Assembly (NCBI RefSeq): GCF_000485595.1
Contig: NW_014577084.1
Location: 493,149 to 557,148, forward strand
Direction of reading: 5' to 3'
Length of the DNA: 64,000 nt
Origin: Priapulus caudatus
Lineage: Eukaryota
Shown: positions 1 to 12,750 of the stretch, in pieces
How positions within the stretch are numbered: position 1 is the first letter of the stretch
How the letters are laid out: each line of letters opens with the position of its first letter
Translations under genes and position numbers: made by a program
Notes under the pieces: generated by a model
Database searches by the model: none
What the model was told of the DNA's origin: nothing
Seen by the model: the letters and a program-made list of their open reading frames with translations, nothing else

Positions 1-52
1 ATTCTTCAAAAGCTGCCCTCGGATGAAAACCACATTATGTGCCGATCTATAC

Positions 53-208
53 CTTGGTCACATGATCGTGGATAAGCTAACTGTAGGTCTTGGTTTGGTG
101 TCTTTGCACAGATCAGTTGACACAGGTTGCCATATGTTTTCCCATCACTGCCACACTGTGGGTCATACTCCGAGGTGCAAATGCATGCTGGTACTAGTCT
201 AATCGGTT
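53..208 (-). CDS. Inhibitor gene exon: Kazal domain (P1 Ser)
   Basis: [52 protein letters not shown]; phase 1-1, 156 nt. Confidence 0.92.
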
Positions 209-709
209 CTGTAATGGGAAATATTACATTAAATTATTATACTTAAACGGTTATTTAAGAGTGTTTATCACTGATGTTCCGGCAGTGAAATCCTGAACAT
301 GATGGTCCTCACCGTCCTGCACCTCTTTTAGTTCAGCAAACATTACGAGAGGGCACCAGTTTACGGGGTGGTCTTATGTGGCGTTGCGAGCAATGCGCGC
401 TCATTAGAATTGTTCACACTCTGCACTTGTCGGTTATGATCCCTGATTATGTGAAATTCTTAGTTTATTTGGCTTACATTTAACACTAACTATGGCTTCT
501 AAGAGATATACAAGTCATTGGCGGTGTCAAGCGTAAAAACCAGTCATTATCGAGATTGTTTAATTTATGCTTCTAGCAGTCCAGGGTGCTTTAAAGTCTA
601 AGTAAATTAGTGGGTCTTGGGGGTATTGTTGAATCATTATTACGTGACTTCTGGTGGTCCGGTAAGATATTGAATCCGGCAAGGGTGTTTGCCGGAAAAT
701 TGGTGGTGT

Positions 710-768
<59 letters not shown>

Positions 769-3700
769 TGTGTGCGTGCGTGCGTGCGTGCGTGCGTATG
801 TATATATGCTAATAACGATGATTACGGTCACTTCGCTCCATACCATCTTCAATCAGAGGTGGCAATGTCGGTTCCTCGGGGCAGCATACAGCAGCGGCAT
901 CAGCGATCTCCGTGAAACACGTATACTTGGCCGGACATGGTGACTCTGACCAGCACACTCGGTTCTTAGAAGGATTTTCTGGGTCACGTAGTGGTTCTCC
1001 TACTCGGCAGGGATTGAATGGAGGCGGTATCTCTGCAAGGGAAGTTGTTACAACATTGTTACTAGCGGAATCTATGCGTTACCTAAATACACGCCTAACA
1101 ATTTTTATGAATCTATACTATTGATATCACGTTACGTTACCAGACATTGCAATACGTCGCATCACGTTACGTTACAGTACAGTACAGTACCAGTACAGTA
1201 CAGTACAGTACAGTACAGTACAGTACAGTACAGTACAGTACAGTACAGTACAGTACAGTACAGTACAGTACAGTACAGTACAGTATACAGTACAGTACAG
1301 TACAGTACAGTACAGTACAGTACAGTACAGTACAGTACAGTACAGTACAGTACAGTACAGTACAGTACAATACAATACAATACGGTGCAGTACAGTACAG
1401 TAAAGCACAGTATATAGTAAAGTAAGGTACATTCACTCTTATATTTACACTATGTCTATTTTGTTCATCGTTCATAAGTCTATCAATCATTGCTTTTACC
1501 CGTTCTTCTAAACGCGCACAAACTCACCGCCGCTGCACACAGGCACGCACGCATGCACGCGCGCATCAACATCATAGAAATTTGAAGCTTAAAAGCCTGG
1601 AAAGTATGGTTATACTAGTAAACTCATGATCATGGTAGCTATGGGTTAATAGCACAACTTATTACCTTACCTGACTGTTTGATGGCTGGGTAGCACATTC
1701 TCGCCACCCTGCATGCTCCTGCTGCTCGGCAACATTTATCACCCTTCTGTGCACAGTCTGCATCGGCATCGCATATCCTCACTTCCCGTACAGGTAAGGG
1801 GCAGTCGAAAAACACTGACAGGTCAGGACAAACCAATGGGTCATCTAGTCTCGAGTCCAGTGCCTGGGAATGCAACAATATGTATATTTGTAAGCATTTT
1901 GAAACAGAAATTTAACGCAAAATGTAATGTGTAGTCTTAGATGTGGGCCATACGGATAACGAGTTAACATACGAAAGGTAGAGGTGACCTACAATCTAGC
2001 TTGACCGGTAGTATATTTTGTACAATTTGTGTTCGCAAACATACTCTAACATCGTATATCTACTAGAAGATTTTAACGCAATTACCACGGAACACGGAGT
2101 GGTTATTCAATGACCCGTTTATTGCTTGATGTCACGGTATCCAAAGTTGTAGGCCTAAGTATAAATTTGGAAGTCCCATAAAATTAAACAGTGCAGCAAT
2201 TTGTAGTGATTTCGTTGGTTCGTCTGCTGAAGTTTTATGGGATGCCGCGAGTTTTGAGCTGACTCAGAACACGCCTCGTCAAGAATAACTGCTTAAATTG
2301 AAATGGCTTCATTTATGCTACTCATATTTGATGTGTGCGCACTCCGAAACCATTACAAAGTCGAAGCTAGAGGCCAATGGTCAGGAGCCGGCAATTAATA
2401 GGCAAATGCCGTATTTACATATGTAGTAAAGAGACCCTAGTCAAATGTCAGTAAGCCCCGGTCGGATTTCAATTGTTTTCACGATGTGGTAGGGCACAAC
2501 TTGTAATTTTTTATTGCTAACCTACCGTTTTCTAAACTCTAGATAAAAGACCAGTAAATTTAATGTCATCATTTGCTATCCGATAAAGACTGTACGATAA
2601 TTCTTTTCAAGAGAAAGCGCTAACATCGATTATTATTCGCAATATAATCTAGGATAAAAAGGGCTTATTATGTTTAAATTTATTATATACTCGGGATTAT
2701 TTCTTAAAAATGTTAAGCCCTCGGCTAGGACGCAACTCTTCGTACATATGGGGAATTTACATTTTGTGGTTTTCTTTAAAAAGTATCAACAGACCTATTA
2801 GTGGAATTCTCTCGTTAAATTTGCCGTTTTGCCTGTTGACCCTTAAAGTTTGAGCTTATGTGAGCTTATAACGTCATTCTGCGTCATGACCCTATATTCC
2901 GAATATCATTCCCTTTCTGATAGCACACCGGAAATACGGGAAACCCTAACGTCTGAGAAACCATCAGCTGCGGCAGACAGATTTCCGGGCAATATTCTGT
3001 GCGATACGGATATGAACGTAGCACCTACCCAACATCGCAAGCTGTGGAATTATTGTTAAACTCTCCGGTTAGAAAAGACGATTTCTACACCGACAAACGA
3101 GATTTTGGGTGATATTGTGAGCCGGCTAGGGGTCTCCCAGAGAAATACTAGGAAATGACGAGGACCGATCGAGCGTGGATGAAGAAAGCTCACAGCGCCA
3201 ATATAGAGAAATGGTCGGTTAAGGCGATTGCGGGTCAAAGATGCACAAGGATACACTATATGGGTTATATCTAGCTCACGCGCGATTCCAATACGACGGG
3301 GTCTGCAGTTAGAATTGATTACGGCGCATTTTCTTATGAATGGGCTACGATCAAATGCAATCTGCCGTCTCGACACTCTCCGTCTCACGTCTCCCAGCTT
3401 TTTTATTTAGTTTTTTTGTTCAGTCGTTTAACAAACCACGGATGAACCATCTATTGTGTGTGAATAAACGTTTAGGTACATGTAGGTAATGTTACATGTT
3501 AGGTACATGTTAGGTAATGGTGATTAGTTTAAATATGAAATGAAATAAATTTATTAATAAAGATAAATATATAAGAAATAAATAAATAAATAAATGAGAA
3601 AATCGGATGTAAATTTATTCATCGGTCAACATCAATTGGTTATATGTAAAAGATTATGCATAGACATCTTGCAAACAAAAATCTTGTCGATGTTTACACC

Positions 3701-6700
3701 CCTCGGTCACTGTCGGTATTTTTATCTAAGTTATTTACCTTTACTTGTTACCGGATTTACCATCATCTACATGTAACCTACCCTAACACCAGCAGAAGGT
3801 TAATGTCAAACATTAATAACATCATATCCAACTGCTGATGTTACTATTCTTATAAGGAGTTTCGTTCGTTCAAACGTGTACATTAAAAGGTTAATTATAC
3901 ACAAAAGTACACGTTTCTGTCAATAAAAAGCAATTTGCATTCTAGACGTGAATACTATTACCAGGTCGTAAACCGGATGTTTTAATAATACGACGACACG
4001 TCTATTATTGTGAGTATTTGCGGTTACAAAGCTCCAATTCAATGCATTGGCATGTTTGATGTGGGGATGGGGTGTTGGTTTGTATTTAACTATAATTGCA
4101 TTTAAAACTAAAGTAAGAGCGGCATACTGTACAACATAGCCAGCCAGCCACGTGTGTTTTTTTAATCATAGGAGCACTCTTTATCCCGTAGCTATCAATA
4201 ATTTTTGTAACGACGGCGGTTACGGAAAACGATTACATATGAATACGTAACTAGCCCTACTATTAACATCATTGTATTAATAGCCACTAAATAGATTATT
4301 CTACTCATTCATATATGATTCCAAATAGCAAATCCTGTTAGTAATGACATATTATTCATATCTGCGCATGCGTGCATACTGTGCACGCGCGCGCGTATAC
4401 CTCTGTGCATGCATGTTTGGGCGCGCGCGTACGTCTTTGCATGCATGTTTGGGCGCGCGCGTACGTCTGTGCATGCATGTTTGGGCGCGTGCGTGCGTGC
4501 ATGCGCGCGCGATAAGATATGCCTAAGCGCTTTATGCTGGCCCTTGCCCATTAATAGCCACCTGCGCGGTCTTCTCTCCCATGCACTTGGCCTCGCAAGC
4601 GTCTACTGTCTCGAAGTTGTTGGCGTTGGCATTACAGCCTCCATAGATGAATGACTCACAGGTTCCCGTCTCAGAGTTGTAGTAGAAACGAGGAATACGT
4701 GCCCTACATCGTCCTGAGGGGTAAACAAATGTTTCGCAATTTTCACGCCAGCGCCTGACACGGCCCGTCACCGATGTGTATAATATTGTGGAGAACGGGT
4801 GCCAACGCTATAATGATGTTTCTGAAATAGTTTACCATCTTCACCTGATTTAAAGTCACGAAGCGAAGTACGAAAATGTTATATTGTTATGTGACAGTCG
4901 TAGAAACCAACCTGTTCGCTTGGGAAGCTGGCAGTCATTCTTGGTTGGTAATTGTTGTGGTACCACGTTTTGCCGCACATTACCTTTTCAAAGGAAATTT
5001 TTTCAATCATTTTAGTACAAGCTAAGTAGCCAGAATATTGGAAGTGGGAATGATATAAATAGCATATTATATTCTAATAATAGCACCGAGGCAGAACACA
5101 ACGGGATTCCAAGGAACTAATCCTGGAATAAGATAGAAAACACTTTACAAAACTGAGTTCGCTGACGGCTCTCCGCTATGGAACTAACTGAGTCGGATTA
5201 AAAGCTTGGATCATGTTCTTGGGTGTAATTACGTAATGCTACTTGTATGTTCGGTGCTGTAATAAGAAATGTTGGTGTCTAATATCTCTATTGTAAACCA
5301 TACCTTGGTCACAGGATCTAGCATAAGCTAGCTGCAGACGTGAGTTAGTTTGTTTGGCGCAGTCGAGTTCACACGGGTTGCTGTACGTTTTCCCATCGCT
5401 GCCACACTGTGGGTTATACTCCCTCGTGCAAATACAATTCTGTGGCCTGCTTCGCTCTGCATTAAAAAATATTACCTAATTACACTTATTTAAAATGAAA
5501 TCGCGTTAAACACAGTTTACTTGAATTTTAAGAGAGGATATAAAGAGAATTTGAACGGATCTACTAAAAGAAATAATGTAAGTAACCTATATAACATAAT
5601 TCTTGAAGTTCTACGTTGCATAATAAAGCTAAAAGAGAAATATCTTATTACATAAAGCGTTGTTCGTTTTGATAAAACAATCGGATTAATCACTGGAGGA
5701 CGCAAAAGCATTCTTTTTCTATCTAATGTGACATTGAAGCGTCTTACTTATGGAAAAACTTATCCAATATTTTTACGTCCCGAAAATCGTAGGTCTTTTG
5801 CAGCTGCTTTATTTGCCTTGACATTATTGATACTATTAAATTATTTTAACGTAATTGCTATAACTAACATTTTTATTCTCACATTCGTATCAGGAATAAA
5901 CTCCTGATATAGTTTTCATCGACATCACTGTACAGGCTCCATGCTACCCATTGCAATTTGTTGAATTTAAGCATGTGCCAAAGTCGACCTCACGTCGTCT
6001 GTATGTAAGTAAATCATGGTGCGAAACATGGTAGATGATATGTTATACCCAAAGGTCTAAGTAGTGAGATCTGTGGCTGCGGGCAGCACACGGCTGCTGC
6101 ATCTGCTAGGCTGGTGTCGCATATGTAGTTGGCAGGACACCGGTTGCCCCGGGAACACGTTTGAGGGCTGCCATTTGCATTCTTCAAGGCTGGTCCCGGA
6201 CGACAGCGGTTGTCATCATCTGCTGCCCGAGCTACCGAAATATGAACGCAACTACTATGTCAACACATTATTAATGACAGTTAAGTACATGTTCAAGCAT
6301 ATGTTTATTAAGAAACAAAATTTAATTAAATTCTAAATTACAAAATCGGATGGTTTCTTTACACGATAATGACAGAATTGCCGCAACATACATTATACAT
6401 TCTGGAAACCTTTGAGTAGCAATAGCAACCGCCAGCAATGACTAACCTGTAGAAGAAGATACACCTTCAATGCACATTTTCTGTACTCTACAAGATCCCG
6501 GAGCATTGCAGCAAAGCTCTCCTTGACTACAGCTTGCGTCCCCAGAACACCGTATAGGGTTGTCCACCGGGCAGAAGAACAGACTTGTTAGATCAGGGCA
6601 TATGGTAGCAACTGCGGGTGGAAACATTTACGTTAACGGTTTTTACTTGAATATCATGTTTGAACCGAAAGGTAAATGTTATTAAGTTTCATTGGTATAA

Positions 6701-9700
6701 ACATTAATGAGAACATATTTCAACTGACTATAGATAACTAAATTTATTTCCGATTAAGCACCATATTTTGTTTCAGTAACTGTAATATAGGGTAAATTTC
6801 TATTAGCATTTCTATTTTACGTACCTGTTGCACACTGAACAACATATGGGCAGAAGTCACTAGAGCAGCGAACTTGCTCTGCTTTACACTCCGTCCCTGA
6901 TTTGCAAGTTACCAGCTGAAATTTGTTAACATATGTCATAGTAGTTATTGGCCAATGTCGTTTCGTATTTAGTAATACCGTCACTCCATTAATTGTGGAG
7001 ATTGCTATTGTCTGCAAATTGACACAAATCATAATTCACCGTCTTATCGTTGATATATGAAACATTTACTATATGGTACCATAGCATATTTTCTTGTGCC
7101 AGAGGTACAGTAGAGATGCAATTGAGTATTTTCCTATTATCGGATGCCTCACCTGGCAAGGGTTAAAATCACACTCGCACTTTTCGCATTGAGTATCTTC
7201 ATCCCATGTGTACCTCACACCAAATTCGCATTCGAGGTTATCACACGATACTCTGCTGCAGTGACTGGTATCTAGTGGATGAAGAAATTTACTTCATTGA
7301 CATCGTGTAGCAGATAAATTTTAGTTTGACTTGTGTCTTAAGGGCAGACTCTGACGTCATTGCTGTGTCGCGATTACGCGACCTCTTACGAAGTGAACGT
7401 CTAGTAATGGGAACATGTTAGATACCACGTCATAGTCACCAATGGCTTAACACACTCTGGCAGCGGCCGCCTAGGCGACGCGACGTAAGTGTCAGAGAGG
7501 ATTCAGGCCAATGACAGGGAAAAGAAGAAGAGGAGCAGGAGCATGAGGAGGAGAAGGGAGAGGAAGAGGAGGATGAAGAAGAAAGGCACCTGCCTCTATT
7601 TGGCAGTAAATGTATTAATTCAAGGCGTTAATAGTACTTCTTTTTTACTTATATAGATACAAACAAGGTCGTATTAAGAATGCTAAATAATTAGCTTCAT
7701 ACGCTCTTGATACAAACGAATTGTATCGAGGCAAAGCTTAATGATCTTACCGGGACAAGTGGGTAGCTGGGCTGCCACTCTCGTTTCGTATATTGCAGCG
7801 CCGTGTTCCGTCATACAGTAGCACGTTCCATCGTTAGTATCGCACTGAATCTGCTCGAAGCCGCCGTACGCGTCACAGTATGGCGTGTACTTCTGTAGAT
7901 CAGCGATGTTCGCGTTCGCGTCTTCGACATCATATTGCTGCCGCTGCACTCCCGTATTAGCTGCTTTAATTTGACATGCTGAAATAGAAGCAATATATCT
8001 ACAGGAGCACTCCTAAAATCACGCATTTAGATCCCGATGAGACCATTTATTTCACAATCGGTGAGTAGCTTTGTGGCTTAGAACGGGGTGTGCAAAGCGA
8101 ATTTGTGAAAAATGAATGTGTAAAATCACTAGATATGAGCACAAGTAAGACGGACACTCGTTTCAACTTGAGTAGGTTGACTGCCTCATTACTTAGCGAA
8201 CATACCCTTTACGTTCCCTTGTGCAACTAGAGGTTGATGTGGTTCTATGCCTAGTGGTATATTCACACCCACGTACCTGTTAGTGATTCAGGCACTGCGC
8301 ACACCTGCCCACATTCGCGTGACCCACAACAGCGCCCCAGCCTACTGCAATCTTGATCGTTTTCACAGGCAGTAGCAGATTCGCACTGACTGCGTGTGAG
8401 GAAAGTCTCGCTGGGGCATGGCCCCTGCTTCGGATCCAAGGTAGCTCCTGCACCTACGAAGACCAGATGTAAATTTTGGAGATATTTTGGTTCGAGTGTG
8501 GATTGATTTGTGATGCGGGTAATTGCGGTTTATGGCTTGCGCTCCTAATTTATAAAATAAATAATAGAGCGTCATTCGTAAGTAGGAATTACGGATGTTA
8601 ACGCACGCACGCATGCACCAATTTACACGCGTATCATGCACGCACACACGCGCCAATACACGCGTATGCACGCACGTACACTTTGCGCGTATCATCCCGG
8701 CGTAAAACTTCACCAACCGCGCAAGCTAATGCAGTTGTAATTATACACAATACCTGAGCACTGCACAAGGCAGTCGAGGTAAGAGTCGAAGTTATTGCCA
8801 TTGCCTCCACAGCCAGTGTAAGTGAAACGTTCACAGCGGTTGCTGGCGGGGTTGTGATGCCAGCGCATATGAAAACCGTCACAGTTACCTGCACTGACCG
8901 ATTGAGTGCAGACGTCGGCCTCTCTCGCTGCGAATAAAAGTGAATGAAACTGTGTCTCGTAAATTCACGGCAGTTTTCTGGAGGATTGCATAGAAATTAA
9001 TTTCTATTAACAGCCGCTGTGACGACCGCAAATACGACTCGATGTGCCATTGTTCTGTTCGGCGATGCTAGTACTATAGTATATGACGCACATCTTTCAA
9101 ATTACACTGTTTTATGATGAGTATTCTAATCAACTGGTAAATAACTTCGTGCGTGTTGTTATGCTTATATTTGTGTAATTTAGCACGCGTGGTTGGAGTG
9201 GTCGTCATTCACAGGACTAAGAATGAAGGTTATATGAAAGAGTTGCATTACACGTCTGACATGATCGAGCTTACGCGCGCATCTGCTCCTGCACTCCTCG
9301 TACGTCGCGAAGTTGTTGTCGGTTCCGCTGCAACCACCGTAGATGAAGCGCTCGCACTCTCTCGTGTCCTTGTTGAACCACCAGCGCGGAATGTACGCGA
9401 GACACATGATACCGCTCGCGCCGTGCCGGGGCATCTCGCATACTGCTGTCGTACGAATTACACAACAACAAAGGGAATCGTTGACGGACGTCAAAGATCA
9501 CATACGGATCAGGATGGCGAGTAAGGTTTATATCCTAACCAAGAGTAGATAATAACATGTGTGTTATTATCTACTCTTGATCCTAACGTAACTGGCGCAG
9601 CTTTCTAAACTCTGTATTATATTTTCTAATTGAATTAACATCGTATATCAGTTCATATATGAAATCCACAATTCATAAATGGGGCTGTTTTTGTTTCTAC

Positions 9701-12700
9701 ATAGGTACTGCTTTGATAGTTGGATGAGGAGGAGGAGGAGGATTGGGGATGAAAAATGAGGAGCGGGAGGAGGGGGAGGAGGAACGTTGAAGAGGAGGAG
9801 AAGAGTGAATAGGAGAACGAAGAAGCGGAAAGTATAGAAAGTAGATAGAGATTAAGTAGGGGAGAGAAGAACTAAGGACGTAGACGAGGTGGATATAGGA
9901 GGAGGAACCAAGTATGTTAAGTTATAAATGGGAAGGTAACGAACGAGAGTAAAGGGATAAGACGAGGGTGAGGACGCGGATAAGAGATGGTGGGAGAACA
10001 AAGAGAAAATAGGGTTGATGAGAAGTTGCGGGTAGAAATGCTGATGATAGAAACGTGGATGGGAATGAAACGGAGGGCGAGTGTGCATACGTTTCTCTCC
10101 TTCTCTCTCTCGCTCGCTCTTTCTCTCCTCCCATTAACCATAGCTCATAAATTCATACTGCATTACTGCCTAGCGACTATACTTTCGATGTCTGTCAAAA
10201 TACCTTTATCGAGTAGTCCCGATATAAAATTCTGCTCCTTAGATTGCTGCAGGCAAGTGCATGTCCGACAGCCGCTCTCATCGTATTCATAGTCGTCGCA
10301 GTTGCTGCTGCACTTGAAGAACGGACAGCCCAGGGGAAGACCGGGGTCGCTGGTGCTCTCCGGACGACATTCGCACGTCAGACACCCGTTGTCGAGTCTG
10401 CGTAGTCCCGTCTGACACTGCAGTGCGCAGCGCGGTGATTCACACGCCGCCTCCTCGCACTCGCACGTCTCGCAGCCATTCTCGTTCTTCTTGAAGCCAA
10501 GCGCACAGAACATGCGACACGTACCCTTCGGCGGGCACAGGGTGACTGCCAGTGCGTCGTTGCACTCGCAGATATCGCAACCATTGGTGTCCTTTTTGAA
10601 TCCTCGTTGACAGAATAATCTACACTGCGCTCTTGGGCAGGTGGTAGGCGTGTTGTCGTTGCACTCGCAGATATCGCAACCGTTGGTGTCCTTTTTGAAT
10701 CCTCGCTGACAGAATAATCTACACTGCGCTCTTGGGCAGGTGGTAGGCGTGTTGTCGTTACACTCGCACGTATCGCAACCGTTGGTGTCCTTCCTTCTGC
10801 CGAACTCGCACTGGTTACGACATCGTACGGCCGGACACTCCGCTGGAGCCTCTAGGCACTCGCAGGTATCGCAGCCTTGTTCGTCCTTCACCCGGCCGTA
10901 TTCGCAGTAGATTCTGTTACAATAAATTAATTGCGACTCCTGATTTGCTTTCTTCATTTAACGTTTCTAACTACATTTTCCAAAACCGGAAAATCAAGGT
11001 TATGTTACCCGCATATTTACTAACTAAACGGGATATTAGGTATATACTACAACTTACAACTTGTAATACACACATACGTATCGATGCTATTGGCGCTTTT
11101 TAGCCATGACCTACATACATATATCTAGCTTATTGGTATGTCCGTTGAATAACGTATATTTAAACATTTTGCATTTAGCAGCTTCATTGGCAAACGGCAC
11201 TTTCGTAATGTATCGGTCGTTTGGGACGTTATGGGTCAGTTTCGTACTCGCGGAATCATGTACCGGCATAGACGGTGCGTGCAGTGTGTGGGCACATCAG
11301 CCGGAACCACTCCCCTAGACATGCATTCCGGGAAAGGCAAATCGCAGGGTGCTCGTATGCAGTATACTTCCCTCAGCACACACACTTCATCGGGGCCACA
11401 CTGGATGTCATTGCAGGACGGCTCTAGGCTGGCCTCTTCCGGACTCGTGTTTACTGTAACACGTGGAGTTCATCAATATCTCAGCCTCGCCCGCAAAAAT
11501 ACCGAGGGCGCTACGATCGCAATTCTTTCGATGGAGTGCTGGCTCTTATGGATCGTAGCAGCGTAGTGTCTTGTTAGATAGTCTCCATATCAGATAGAGC
11601 CAGTACAGCGTCGCAGATTCGATGTTAAACTAGGACTTTATTAGTAACTTGACACATACAAATATATACATACTGTACATACTATATCCTAGGTTACGTC
11701 CATATTGGAACCCGCCTGGCTGTCTCTCGTGATCTACCCTCTCTCGGTCTCTCCTCTCCGTATCGCTATCTTAGTTACTCGATTACTCTATATATTTTTA
11801 TCTCTATTACGCCCCATATATATATAGTATTTCAAAGGTATGTCGGACGCTTCTTCGATCCGACCGGTTGTCACCAGCTTCTTATTCTAGCAGTAACACA
11901 TTAACGTGCGATTGTCGTTCAACTCATGCAGGGTGCGCGGTGGGGCTACGACGAGCATATCGAGCCTGGTAAACTTGTTGAGGCGCGCCGCGCAGCTTAA
12001 TTAGAATGCAGTTAGTTACCATACAGATACAATACGAGCTTAATTGTTATTTCGGGGTGGGGCTGGTGAGTTCGCTGACTTACCGATGCATTTAGCCAAG
12101 GGTGGGCATGGAGCTCTGACGCACTGTACATCTACTGTCTCGCAGTGCCTATTATCTCCGCAGTATATACCCTATAGAAATACACGACACATAGCCTGAG
12201 CGGTACACGGCTGTAAAACAATGAACCAGCAAGGTTTGTAATGAAAAAATGTCCTTACGACGATTAATAGCGATAAAGGATATATTAACTGTAAAAATTG
12301 CTACCGTTAATTGATAGGTAAATTAACAGATGAATAGAACATGAAAATTGGAATCCAAATAGAACATTTGGAAAGACTGTTTGCGATTTGCCTACCTTGT
12401 AAGGTAATTAAGGCTGTGTCGACTTGGCAGTCTTACAACAGGTAAGGCTTTAACATGTGCATTAACCATCTGCGTTTGCCTACCTGACAGGGCGAAGACC
12501 GACATTCACAAATTTCGCATCCATCACCATCAAGCGCCAATCCATGCTCACACGACATGGAGCAAACTACAGGGGGGCACGGATGAGTGTCTGTAGATAG
12601 AAAATATGGTGAACCCTACAGTACACGTTTCTTATTACACACACGCGCACGCACACGTTCGCACGCACGCATTCACTCACGCGCTCGCATGCACGCACAC

Positions 12701-12707
12701 GCGCGTG

Positions 12708-12750
<43 letters not shown>

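Noticed and set aside
1121..1490. ORFs of repeated QYSTV/LYCTV
   Set aside because: Translations of the (CAGTA)n microsatellite, which is open in several frames on both strands.
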